DNA of 40,147 nt from Octopus bimaculoides (taxonomy: Eukaryota). The translations under genes were made by a program, and so were the position numbers. The first letter of the stretch is position 1. Each line of letters opens with the position of its first letter. The stretch is from the NCBI RefSeq assembly GCF_001194135.2, contig NC_068990.1, forward strand, positions 59,131,442-59,171,588. Reading direction: 5' to 3'. Below, one piece after another: positions 11,583 through 23,244 of this stretch. The notes under the pieces are model-generated. The model saw only the letters and a list, made by a program, of their open reading frames with translations, had not been told where the DNA came from and searched no databases.

Positions 11583-11909
11583 TTATCGGTTTTTAAAGTG
11601 ATTTTGTCCAACTCAATACTTCACAAGGACCGATTCTAGAGAAAGAGCTGCGTAACAAGTCTAGATTATACATGGAAGCTTTTACAGCCTATGTAATTAC
11701 AAACGGACTTTTACAGAATATATTTTTAGCTTATATGTTTTTAATAATTCAAACCACAGAAAATTATTCAATACTTAATTTTCTGTGGTTTAAATTGTAT
11801 AGATATCAGTAAATGCCTATGAATAACGTTTACCAGTTGTAATTTCGGCAATACATCTGAACCACTTCGAATGACTCTAATTAACCAATGAATCTTTGAC
11901 AAATTAGTT

Positions 11910-12098
11910 TTATATATATATATATATATNNNNNNNNNNNNNNNNNNNNNNNNNNNNNNNNNNNNNNNNNNNNNNNNNNNNNNNNNNNNNNNNNNNNNNN
12001 NNNNNNNNNNNNNNNNNNNNNNNNNNNNNNNNNNNNNNNNNNNNNNNNNNNNNNNNNNNNNNNNNNNNNNNNNNNNNNNNNNNNNNNNNTATATATAT
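11910..12098. repeat. (TA)n microsatellite spanning assembly gap 11930-12089
   Basis: TA runs on both sides of the N run. Confidence 0.9.
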
Positions 12099-12719
12099 AG
12101 GAGAATATACGAAAAAACAACAACAGACGAGGACAGGTGGTGTAAATAACAAAAGGATGTATTAGTATGACGCTCGGGAATACGGAAAGTCTTTTATATA
12201 TATATAGCATTTATAAACCGTCAATCGATACAAACTATTATTCAGTTTAGTATTTCCTCTCAACACTGATCATCTATCATGACAAGGTCCGAATGATATT
12301 GGTTAACATTACCATTTATCATGCCGTACTTTGAACAAGCATTTATGTATATAATTCCAAATTTCGCGTCAGTTCAAGTGTAAACATGCAAGTCTGCCTT
12401 GTAATTATATCTAATCATCTGATTCTGTCCTTTGTGCTTTTACTTGTAAATGGTATGATTATTTCTTTATTTTGCAAATTAAAAAAGAAATTGTCATCAT
12501 TGTTTCGGCAGTGGATATACAGATGTGATGTCGTTATTGGTGTTACTTAATCCTATATCACTTTCTGGTCAGGCAGTTCTCGCCTAAACCATTCAATCAG
12601 TTTCTGTCCTCTTCACCTCATTTCCGTCTAGAAAACTCCACTTCTCTATTAAGACAGTGTATATCTTAGATCACATTATTCAATGTGTTATCTTTTTGTA
12701 AATGGGCGACAGTGATTTC

Positions 12720-13100
12720 AAAGAAATTTGACTGCTTTTTCTTGCTGACCGAATGACTCTTTAAAAGCTCTCTGTCTTTGGTTCGTAGCAGATTCGTTCT
12801 AGTTATTTAGGCTTTCTTAATTTCTGACCAAAGTTCAAAGAGGCACTAGCCTTGCCCACCTCATCTTTTTTGTATATGAGGGTCTACGTTGTCCTACGTG
12901 GCAGGAGCGGTATGATTTGAAGGTGATTTAGCTGCTATTTCTAGCAGAGCGGATGACTCCCTAAAGGCGACTCTCTGTCTTTGGTTCGTAGTAGATTGGT
13001 TCTGGTTGTTGTTTAGCCCTATTTAATCTATGTCAGAGATTTAGCTGGTATTTTTAGCCGGTCGAACGACTACGTAGAAGCTACTTTGTAAGGTTGACTT
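12720..13100 (+). repeat. Cluster of a dispersed repeat with core TTAGCTGCTATTTCTAGC; two roughly 90-bp direct copies plus a third core
   Basis: CTCTCTGTCTTTGGTTCGTAG(C/T)AGATT at about 12768 and 12971; the same core occurs near 6050 (-), 16350, 17010 (-), 32540 and 34420 (-). Confidence 0.55.
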
Positions 13101-13334
13101 GTGAAGTGGTGGTCTACAGTCGAGCGGCAAACTCACTCGACTGTGTTCTGAATTTAAATCTCGTCTTAGTCGACTGGATCATCCCTCTCGTCAAAGACGA
13201 TAAAACATTTCGGGATATGTGCCAAGTTCTATAAATCCTCGGTTACTGGACTACCCCCATGCTGGGGCACAAGTTTAGTCGAATATATCGACCTCAGTAG
13301 TGTGTGTGTGTGTGTGTGTGCGCGCGCGCGTAGT

Positions 13335-13500
13335 CAGGGCCGGTCCTCGGGTTCCCGGCGGCCCTGGCAAGCTGAACTTCGGCATGTACAAGCTGACGGT
13401 CGTGGAAATTTCCTTGTCTTTGTCACGCCCGCCTTGGCACCCGCTAGCACATGGCGCGGCGGGCGACTGTTCGAGTTGCCGGTACCTTGAGCAGACCCTG
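13335..13500. mobile_element. GC-rich hAT-like MITE
   Basis: Imperfect TIRs CAGGGCCGGTCC / GAGCAGACCCTG; no clean 8-bp TSD. Confidence 0.35.
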
Positions 13501-13929
13501 TGTGAAAGAACATGTATATGGAAGATCTGTGGAAAGTCTAGCACCCAACATTGGGATTGAAAGTTATACCAGTCACCGAACTAGACTCCATTGCATAGTA
13601 CCAAAGATCCCGCCCTCTCTATCCAGTGTAAAAATCTAGTACGGTAACAGCTTAGAATTCAAAGGTCCACAACTTTTTAACACCTTGCCAAAAGGCCTCA
13701 GAGATCTACGAGAAATAGATGTGGATGTATGTCAAAGAACATTTAGACAAATTTTCATCTGAAACATCAGATGAACCCACATCGCGGCAGGAAACGCAAA
13801 GGACAACTTTGTCCAATTCACTACTGAACGAGGTCCGATTCTGGTGACGGAACTGGGAAATGAGTCTAAAATAAACAAGCATTAACGCTAATGGCAATGC
13901 GCCAGCATGATCACAGCTTTTGGCTGAAA
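13501..13929 (+). mobile_element. CR1-like LINE 3' end fragment (ORF2 C-terminus plus 3' UTR)
   Basis: Degenerate translation WKI/LAPNIGIESYTSHRTRLHCIVPKIP..NSLEFKGPQLFNTLPKGLRDL..DVDV..SDEPT is typical of the ORF2 end of CR1-group LINEs; terminates in GGCAATGCGCCAGCATGATCACAGCTTTTGGCTGAAA followed by (TCTA)n. Confidence 0.75.
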
Positions 13930-13982
13930 TCTATCTATCTATCTATCGATCCATTCATACACACACACACTATTATTTCTAT

Positions 13983-14078
13983 TCGGCCGAAGTTACGAAG
14001 TGGCCCGGGGGCCGAGAGTTCGTGTATGACACTTATCACAAAACTCTCGGCTCTTGAGTCACTTGTGACTTCTACCGA
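13983..14078 (+). ncRNA. Candidate pri-miRNA-like long hairpin (unverified)
   Basis: Hand-folded stem of over 40 bp around a 3-nt apical loop at 14030-14032; GCCGAGAGTT 14011-14020 pairs perfectly with AACTCTCGGC 14042-14051; six G.U pairs on the plus strand. Confidence 0.3.
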
Positions 14079-14212
14079 TTAAAAAGTGTGTGACGTCAGA
14101 AAAAGGTTATATACCTTTAGATTCGGAATTCAAATCTTGTTTTAATAAGTTATGCTTGTTCTTTTCAGATACAATAGAATAAGCATCCCAGTCGAATATC
14201 AGGACCCATATA

Positions 14213-14437
14213 TATTTCTTTATTGCCCACAGGGGGCTAAACATAGAGGGGACAAACAAAGACAGACAAAGGGATTAAGTCGATTACATCGACCCCGGTG
14301 CGTAACTGGTACTTATTTAATCGACCCCGAAAGGATGGAAGGTAAAGTCGACCTCGGCGGAATTTGAACTCAGAACATAAAGACAGACGAAGTACTGCTT
14401 AGCATTTCGCCCGGCGGGCTAACGATTCTGCCAGCTC
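14213..14437 (-). mobile_element. SINE family B, full length, CpG-rich
   Basis: Complete head-to-tail copy; flanked by CCCATATA at 14205-14212 and 14438-14445 (probable TSD) inside a short CCATATAATCA tandem repeat. Confidence 0.92.
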
Positions 14438-14687
14438 CCCATATAATCAACCATATAATCAGGACCCATATAATCAACCATAAACCTCTCCACGTCTCCC
14501 TGGCGTTGCACCAATGACAGCAGTCTAAAGACTGAAGCAAATAAAAGAACACAACACACTGCCCGCTCCGAAACCTTCAGCCGCAATCTTGCGACCACTA
14601 GGCAACGCGCTTTCATATATTCTATTATAGACAGCTTTAATTTTAACCTTCATTTTTTTTTTAATTAAGTATTATTTATACATGGTG

Positions 14688-15041
14688 GAAGCGTGGTTAG
14701 GGCATAGGAACGCGGTTTCGATTCCCAGACCGGGTGTTGTGAGTATTTATTGAGCGAAAACACCTAAGGCTCCACGAGGCTCCGGCAGGGGATGGTGGCG
14801 AACCCTGCTGAACTATTTCACCACGACTTTCTCTCACTCTTACTTGCTGTTTCTGTTGTGACTGTAATTCAAAGGGCCAGCCTTGTCACACTGAGTCACG
14901 CTGAATATCCCCGAGAACTACGTTAAGGGTACACGTGTCTGTGGAGTGCTCAGCCACTTGCACGTTAATTTCACGAGCAGGCTATTCCGTTGATCGGATC
15001 AACCGGAATCCTCGTCGTCGTAAGCGACGGAGTGCCAACAA
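14688..15041 (+). mobile_element. SINE family C with perfect 14-bp TSD
   Basis: ATTTATACATGGTG at 14674-14687 and 15042-15055; B-box-like GGTTTCGATTCCC; 3' module shared with 30140-30298; terminal stem-loop CGTCG-TAAG-CGACG at 15016-15029. Confidence 0.9.
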
Positions 15042-15299
15042 ATTTATACATGGTGTTTTAAAAAAAATAGATTAGCTGCGTGGATTGTGTTTTATTTTAT
15101 TTTTGTTTTGTATAATTGTGGTCCGGTGTATTGATCTCTTGATCACGATGATATTAACTGATTTCTTTCTTTTTTTTTTTTGTTTTTTGGGAGTGAGAAG
15201 TAAAGAATTGTATGGAGGAGGCGCAGAGGAATAAAAAGGATATTTTAGAGATGAGCACGGATTGTGAGAAATGTGAATGGGGAACGGATGAATAACGAC

Positions 15300-15716
15300 T
15301 GGGGGTGGGGGCAGGCAGGCAGGATGTTGCATGGCGCGTTAAGTGATATTTGTGTGTGACGGAAGCGTAAATGTTTAAAACAACTCATAGTATCAATAAC
15401 AAAATTGAAGAAGACCCGAGAAGGACAGATAATTTTAGTTTGAAAAAAAAAAAGACAAGTTCTCCAGTTAAACTAGAAATTGTCGCTCGGATTCCACTAA
15501 ACTGGGACAATATTCTTACATTTTTACCTCGAAACTTGAGATCTATATCCTCTCGCTCGCGGAAGTATTCTTCTATTACGATTGAGTTCTGGAAGTTCCA
15601 GAAGTCAAGAAGTGAAATAGTTTTCTGAGCCGCTTTCAGGCTTTACCTGTTTCTGCTTCTGTTGTAGCTGGCCCAATACATCTGCTCCTCTTTCAGTTGG
15701 TGTTTCAACTGCATAG
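15300..15716 (+). promoter_or_regulatory. Putative promoter and non-coding first exon of a plus-strand gene
   Basis: Repeat-free, CpG-retaining; YY1-like ATGGCG 15331-15336, ETS-like CGGAAG 15360-15365 and CGGAAGT 15560-15566; strong donor TAG|GTGAGT at 15716/15717; no frame open throughout. Confidence 0.4.
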
Positions 15717-18700
15717 GTGAGTCATTTCACTTATTAACTTGGAAAAATGATCCGCTATGCTCTAAATTATTAATTTCTTTGTAGTTAATTCGTATCAGGC
15801 TGAAGATTAAAAATAAGCAAAAAACAAGGAACCCTATTTTATTGAATTCTTTCATTTTCTGGTATTTTCCCCATGCTTCACATTCAAACGACAGTTTTCT
15901 TTCAATCGGAAATCCGACAAAAGAAAATCTAAAACTAAGCCACATCTGACAGAAAACCTGGTCGACTAGCAATATTTGGTTTGTAATTAATTTTAACAAC
16001 AAAATTAGAATCAAACAAATTCATTTCATATAATATATGTATGTCAAAAAGAGCGAAATTTAGATTATATTTACATCATTTATAGTAATTAATATCTTAG
16101 ATGTTAATACATAAGGAAGATGTTTTTCGCTTACGACTGTAGTATATCAGTATAGCTCCCTGTCAAGCAAACCTATCAAAAGCGGTCTAACCGTGACTAT
16201 CCCACCTTTTTGAATTATTATTTTAGAGAAAATATCTGCCTAGTACTGATTCATCTTTGCTCCCTCTCTAATCCAATCAGAGAAGGAAAAGACGAATAAA
16301 TACCGGGCTACATTATGTAATCTTTCCTTCTTTTTTAAAGATGACAGAATTTAGCTGCTTTTTCTAGCATATCGAGTACCTACATAGAAGTCACTTCTTT
16401 TACTCGAAATAGTTTTTTTTTTTTAGGTCCAGGACATCCCTCGTCAAGTAAATCTTTGATTAACCCATAAAGCGCTGGGATTTGCACTTACATAGTATGG
16501 ACTGCTGGGCACATTTTATGAAACATAAAAAACAAGAAATAGTTACAATATCTTCTTAGTTTATAATGGTGGCAAGTTTTACATCATCTGAAAAGTCATT
16601 AGTTGAACTATTAGTCCTCTTGCATTCTGTGGGGTATCGGATCGTTTCAGTGACATAAGACCCCCAACAAACGCCCATAAATTAAATGCATCTATCTGGG
16701 TTACGATCGTGGCCCCTCGCGCTTTATGTGTTGAAGACTTTGCCGCCATAATCATCCCATTTCTTTCTGTCTCCCCTTCGTTTTTAAGGCCTTATACACG
16801 CCGGACTGCATTATTTAATATCTATCTACACACATATGGAGTGTTGGTGAAGTTCTGATTTTATAAGTTCGTATTCTAGTATGGTGCAATTATGACATTT
16901 CGCGAAAGCTCTTTTCGAATGAAAGACTTACTTCATTATACAATTTTTCCGGCTCAGACGACCTCTATCTGTTAACACGGGACCTGCTATATAATCGCAC
17001 TAAATGCCAGAAATAGCAGCTAAATTTCCTCTAATTTACTCCCTAACCTCCATAGAAAGGATATATTGGTTAATGTAGTCCTTAGTTCTCTAAAAATGTA
17101 AAAAACGGGATGGCCACTACTAGAATGTCTCCCTTCACCACACTTATTTGAGTTTCAGGCCTGTTCAGATCTTATCTGGGCTACGCAATAACCAGTTTCT
17201 TCGTACTCTTTTGCATATTTTAGTTTGAATAATTTACTCTCACTCCATCAGTCTATCTGATTAGTTTCTAATATATATTGTCAAAAAAAAAAAAAAGGAA
17301 ACGTCTGCTAACTGAAGTTAAAATTAGATGACTTAACCAAATATTTTTTTGAGACCTGAATATATAGATATTTGACAATCGTCAACAGCAAATCTATATT
17401 TAAAATAAGAAATGTTAATTTCTTTTTTAAGCTATTCATATCACTTTCATCATAATGGGTTTTCAACTTTCTCGAGTCACCAATTTTGACAATAAGTCAT
17501 TTCAGTTCACTATTTCAAAAGAGAAAATAAAATTCAATTTCATTGATTCACTTATGAAGCGAACGTAAATATGACCGAAGGCTCTTTCGAATACATTTCA
17601 CTCTTGCATGGATTAATGTAACTAAATCAATCGAATTGTATTCCACGAATAGAGTCTCAAGTATTCTAGTAATTATATTTGTTGAGCCAAATTTCTGTAA
17701 TTTAACTCAGTGTCTTTCTTTTCGTTTCTTTTTCTTTTTATTTTTGCGATTGTGTAATATGTGCCAGGCATACATTTTTGCTTCGTCTCTCTTCTTGACT
17801 ACATACGCTTATTGCAAATGATTCCAAGTTTCATGGCAATAACAGAACAAATAAATGCATATACATATCTAATACATCTTGACAGCTTGCTTGCTCTTGA
17901 GATAATATTCTATATTTTCTTTCTTTGTGTTTTCGTTTTGGCTTTTCTTTTCTATTCTCTTTATTTATTTATGAGTTTGCATTGTGAGTTTCATGAATAC
18001 AATATTTGAATGGTTTCAGTAATCGGACTGTGTCGCGACCATACTAGAGCACCGCCTTGACGCGTTTTTAATCGATCGTAACGACATTGTTATTTATCGA
18101 ATGGACAAAGGGTATACCTACACTAGTGTGCCCCCCACCAGCTTTTGTTTACTTATAGCTTTCAGAAAAATAGTTACTTTTCAATGAAATTTTCTGTAAA
18201 TACTTTGTAGGTGGTATGGATTATTTCTGAATTTAAAGTGAAAAAATATTGGTGGACGCACAACACATACATATTATTAACACGTATCACATCTACCTAC
18301 AAAATGAAACTTGAAATTAAAAAAAAAAAAAGTAACGTATGTCAGTATGTGTGTGTGTGCCTACCGATTTCTTTTTACATTATATTCCGTAATCTAAACC
18401 ATCTAGAATGTATGTAGCATGGGCAATCATTTATTGCTATATATTAATACAGAAAGTGTTCATGTAAATTTTATATGAAGCTACGCACATTACAAGTGCC
18501 GGAGATCTTCGTCAAAAATTCAATATTTAGGCTAATTTTTGCACATCAGTGCATTTTCTTGTTGCTGTGGTGTTTCTTCAGCTAATGTGCCGAGAACAGA
18601 GTCGATAGCGATCTCGGTACTCATGAAGAAGAGTAGACACACGCTAGTCATTAAGAAAGTGAAAATAACACAATTTTGAAATACAATGTTGTTCATTTCA

Positions 18701-18749
18701 GTATCATTCAATTTATTGTTATCTAAAATGTTTTATATTTTGCTATACA

Positions 18750-18958
18750 TTGAGTTTTGATGCTGCACATTCCTTTCTAAAGGAGAAGAAAGTGTTGAAT
18801 TATATAAACGCAGATTGAAGAGTATGATGGGAGTACAAACAAATATGATTGAATTCCATCTAGATGAGTTTCTTTGGAAGGAAAAATATGGGAAAAACGG
18901 GGATGAATGTTTTCAGATCATTGTAAAACATCTTTCGGAATGGTTTACTTTTGAATAA
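18750..18958 (+). mobile_element. Merlin (IS1016/ISXO2-like) transposase relic, N- and C-termini fused by deletion
   Basis: 18759-18800 reads DAAHSFLKEKKVL; 18797-18958 reads ELYKRRLKSMMGVQTNMIEFHLDEFLWKEKYGKNGDECFQIIVKHLSEWFTFE*, matching the KR..K...G.....L.EF.W C-terminal motif of ISXO2-like transposases; DDE core absent. Confidence 0.65.
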
Positions 18959-19224
18959 CGTTTTATTTCAATTTCAAAATTTATTTTATTTTCATTCTTC
19001 TTCCTGATCTCCACCGCGATTTCCACCAAGGACCTAATCATTCTGCCCGTTTCGCGCTCAGACTCCGTTCACAGAAAGTCATGCCGCCACACTATTATGT
19101 TAAGAAAAGTCGTTGATTGGACGGAAATTGTGTTTGCACACATGATCAACTTGTGATTTCTATGTAGTCAAACAGACGGACATGTAGTCAGACAGACGGA
19201 CATGTAGTCAGACAGACGGACAGT

Positions 19225-19800
19225 TACTGGAAGCTGAACGCATCGTTCACGGCATGCCAAGCTTACAGGGACCGGATTAGCACATTCGTTAAGAGAGCGT
19301 TGACGGGTGCCATCATCAACAACAGATGGTGGTATGCCCTAAAGAGAGCAATTAAAGCAGAATCGGTTAGGTACCGTAAGACCCTAGCGTTAGACCAAAA
19401 TAGAATAGAGGGAGACCTAGTTAAGAAATTAGAAGAGGCACTTAGAACTGGCATCACATCCAACACCAAACATGAAGGATGCGTTGTCAGAGCTAGGATG
19501 TGTAGTCTGAGGAATGAAGGAGTTGGAGCCACCCGAGAGGCCCCAGTGGCGGAGGCACAATGAGGCAACAGAGCCACCATTACGTCCCTGACAGGTGAAC
19601 AAGGGCGCGAATTACTCAAGTCTGAAAGGATGTGTGAGGCTTTTCAACAACACTTTGCCCGACATTTCAGGACAACTGATGGGTCAGAACACAGAGTGGA
19701 CTTTAGTGCCTACCTGCATGGCCTGCCACGGCTCTCAGCAAGAGAGGTGGAGTGTTGTGAAAGACCCATCACAGCCATGGACGTACAGGATGCAATATAA
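19225..19800 (+). mobile_element. L1/Tx1-like LINE ORF2 internal fragment
   Basis: Single frame YWKLNASF..WWYALKRAIK..HEGCVVRAR..(TGA at 19561)..ITSLTGEQG..AFQQHFA..LHGLPRLSAREVECCERPITAMDVQDAI; WKLN, RAR and LPRLS..PIT motifs belong to the endonuclease-RT linker; preceded by three 20-bp repeats at about 19162-19221. Confidence 0.85.
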
Positions 19801-20230
19801 AGATTTAGATCTTTTCTTGATAGAATGATATCCAGAAATGTGAAATGAAAGGGCTTATTAAGAGCTTTTTCATCTGCTATTTATCCTATCATATTAGTAA
19901 AAATCTGATATTTAGGTTAGATTTTGATATGTCTGCTTAATCTAAAGAACTTTTATCTTTTCCACTTCATTGGATGATGTTTATAACGTAAAGGTTAGTT
20001 TCTCAACATCACTTATGTGTTCTGTAGCTAAAGTGAAAATAATTAGTAAATAGGAAATCACACCTATCTACATACCCTCTGCTCCTTTGGTTGCAAAGTT
20101 AGAAAGCTGTATCAAATTCTACTGATCTTTTCTGGTTATGTTTAGTAGTTTATATGCGGTCCCATTAAAAGGTAATGTGGGAAAATCTGATGTACAAATA
20201 ATATAAACTTAATGATATTAATAGATATAC

Positions 20231-20438
20231 TCTTTTACTTGTTTCAGTCATTTGACTGTGGCCATGCTGGAGCACCGCCTTTAGTCGAGCAAATCGACCC
20301 CAGGACTTATTGTTTGTAAGCCTAGTACTTATTCTATCAGTCTCTTTTGCCGAACCGCTAAGTTACGGGGATGTAAACACACCAGCATCGGTTGTCAAGC
20401 GATGTTGGGGGGACAAACACAGACATATACACACACAT

Positions 20439-20475
<37 letters not shown>

Positions 20476-20637
20476 ACAGGCTTCTTTCAGTTTCCGCCTA
20501 CCAAATCCACTCACAAGGCTTTGGTCGGCCCGAGGCTATAGTAGAAGACACTTGCCCAAGGTGCCACGCAGTGGGAATGAACCCGGATTCATGTGGTTGG
20601 TAAGCAAGCTACTTACCACACAGCCACTCCTGCACCT
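20231..20637 (-). mobile_element. SINE family A, full length, well conserved
   Basis: Complete head, internal (CA)/(TA)n and tail; CpGs largely intact. Confidence 0.95.
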
Positions 20638-21806
20638 ATATCAGTAATATGTGAAGACATGATTTAGAGGTTTGGGTGTCGGACTTTAGAGTGGAAGGTC
20701 ATGAGTTCGATTCCTGGAGTAAGTTGTATAGTGTAACTGTGAACTAGGCACTTAATTTCATTTTTCTCCAGCCCCCTCTGCTGAAAAGATGGTGTTTGTC
20801 TTTTGTACAGATTAGGGGATAATAACCTTGCAGGCTATTCACCTCAGATAGTGTAAATCAAGATGTCAATGACTTTTAATGGTTTCAGCACAATGGATGA
20901 TGATGATAATCATCATCAATAATATGAGATATGTATTGAGTGTCCATGAACACAAAATGGCTAAGTGGTAGATATCAGGCTACCATTTCATGAGCCATTC
21001 GTTCCAGTTCTGAGCTAAATGCAATATAGTAATTAGGTTTATTGTTCTAGATCAATACTTTCCGACCTATATATTGCAGATTTTTTTTTTTTTTGATTTC
21101 TTTTGATTTGGTCATTAAAATTAAATATTGATTATTTTGCTTTCAAATAAATCTTGCACAGGAATCTACATATTAATGATTAACAAAGTATATTTATAGT
21201 GAGTCGTCTTTTTCTTTATTTTTTATTAAACCTGATGTGTTCCCATCATTCATGGTTGGTAAGAATTACTCTAGATTTTGTGTTCAAACCTCACTGGTGC
21301 TCACTTTGTCATTAAGAAGTTTGCTTTGCAACTGTTTAGTTCTGGGTTCAGTCACACTATGTGGCACTTTGGGCAAATGTCTTTTTATCATATCTTTGGG
21401 TCAGGCTAAGCTTTGCAAGTGGAATTTTGATGAAAGTCAAACTTGAATGTTGGTAACATATATGGGGTAGCAGAAAAAATGTTATTCATCATCATCATCA
21501 CTTAACATGTAAGTGACAGTATGGCCATCCAGCTGTAGAATACTGCAGCAATAATTGTCATACAGCCCAAACCAACATTGAAAATGCAAACATAAAAACA
21601 ATGTCTTAACCTTTTGGTTAAGATCAATGTGATTAGAGACAATGATGATGATTTAATTTTATATACACATTAATTAAGAATCTTAGCTTTCTCTATTCCT
21701 TCTATTAAATTGGTTAATTGATTCTTGTCAATGTAGATAACTAATATTTCTTTAAATCTTTTAATTTAACTTTTTGTCTGCTGTGTTGCCTATATATGTG
21801 TGTATA

Positions 21807-22269
21807 TGAGGGAGAAGTCGAAAATTATCTGCACTTTTGTCATAACATATCTTTATTGTCACACTGCCTTCTGCGCATGTGTGCTTATAATTGGTACTAT
21901 TGTGGTCATGTGATTGAAGTTTGAGCCTGATCGTGCCATTTTTCTTTCTTGCTTTACAGTGTAAGCATGGCTGATCCACTAGCGATGTGCACCAAAGAGG
22001 GTGAGGAATTTTTTAGCAGAATAGTCACAGGAGATGAAATGTGGGTTCATCATTATGAGGCAAAATATGGAGTGGAAACATTCTGGCTTGCCATGACACA
22101 TAAATTCAAAACTCAGTCTTCTGCAGGAAAGGTGATACTATCCCTTTTCTGGGACTCAAAAGGGTCTATACTGGAAGACTACCTGGAAAAGAGATGTACG
22201 ATCAGCAGCACAAGATACAGCGCTTTGCTGGCCAACATACTGAAGTCAGCAATTCGCACCAAACGCTGA
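21807..22269 (+). mobile_element. Mariner deletion derivative, 3'-truncated
   Basis: TA-TGAGGGAGAAGTCGAAAATTATCTGCAC TIR-like start; ORF MADPLAMCTKE fused to GEEFFSRIVTGDEMWVHHYE..SSAGKVILSLFWDSKG..TISSTRYSALL. Confidence 0.85.
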
Positions 22270-22287
22270 CATCATCATTTAACACCT

Positions 22288-22650
22288 GTTTTCCATGCAC
22301 AGTCATGTGGTTAGAAGTTAGTTTCCCAACCACATGGTTTCAGGTTCAGTCTCACTGTATGATACCTTGGGCATGTCTTCTTCTATAACTTTGGGCTGAC
22401 CAAAGCCTTGTGAGTGGATTAGGTAGATGGAAATTTAAAGAAGCTCATTGTGCATATATATCACATGTGTGTGTCTTTGTGTGTTTGTCTCCCACGACTG
22501 CTTACAACTAGTGATGATTTGTTTATGTCACTATAACTTAGCAATTTGGCAAAAGCGACTAATAAAATAAGTACTAGGGTCAATTTATTCAACAAAAAAT
22601 TCAAGGAAGTGTTCCAGCATGGCTGCAGTCTAATGACTGAAACAAAAAAT
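22288..22650 (+). mobile_element. SINE family A, CpG-decayed full-length copy
   Basis: CCAACCACATGG..GGTTCAGTCTCACTG..CCAAAGCCTTGTGAGTGGATT..TTGGCAAAAG..CCAGCATGGCTGCAGTCTAATGACTGAAAC. Confidence 0.8.
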
Positions 22651-22721
22651 GGGTTGGATGGTTTGAGAGGAGCCAGCAAGACCAGGAGTCATATCAGGTT
22701 CCATTGTTTATTTTGGTATGG

Positions 22722-22952
22722 TTTCTTATTTCTTTATTGACCATAAGGGGCTAAACACAGAGGGGACAAACAAGGACAGACAAAGGGATTAATTCGATTA
22801 CATCAACTCCAGTGCATAACTGGTACTTGATTTATCGACCCTGAAAGGATAAAAGGCAAAGTCGACCTCGGTGGAATTTGAACTCAGAACGTAATGGCAG
22901 ATGAAATACCACTAAGCATTTTGCCCGATGTGCTAACAATTCTGCCAGCTCG
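22722..22952 (-). mobile_element. SINE family B, full length, partially CpG-decayed
   Basis: Collinear with 14213-14437; many CG to TG/CA changes. Confidence 0.9.
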
Positions 22953-23033
22953 CTGCCTTGTTTTGGTATGGTTTCTATGGCTCGATGCCCTTCCTAACAT
23001 TCCTAACACCAACTACTTTACAGAGTATACTGG

Positions 23034-23244
23034 GTGCTTTTTATGTGGAACTAGCAACAGTGTTTTCCATGTGGCACCAGCACCAGTGCTTTTTGTGTGG
23101 AACCAGCACCAGTGCCTTTTACATGTAACTAGCACCAGTGCTTTTCACATGGAACTAGCAACAGTGCTTTTTGCATGGCACCAGCATCAGTATTTTTTGC
23201 ATGGCACCAGCACCAGTCCTTTTTGCAAGGCACCAGCAACAGTG
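23034..23244. repeat. 26-bp minisatellite x8 (GTGCTTTTTRCRTGGMACYAGCAMCA) inside a SINE family D fragment
   Basis: Eight contiguous 26-nt units counted; preceded by GATGCCCTTCCTAAC as in 36190-36210, and the 36068-36410 copy carries two spaced copies of the motif. Confidence 0.9.

Noticed and set aside
16579-16749. 56-aa minus-strand ORF starting ATGGCGGCA (MAAKSSTHKARG..)
   Set aside because: No homology recognised and no good donor site; short enough to be chance
18421-19048. GGGCA..TGCCC as Merlin terminal inverted repeats
   Set aside because: Match is only about 5-7 bp and there is no flanking TSD
23034-23244. 26-bp periodic array as a CRISPR
   Set aside because: Units are contiguous with no unique spacers, lie inside a SINE, and there are no cas genes; eukaryotic context
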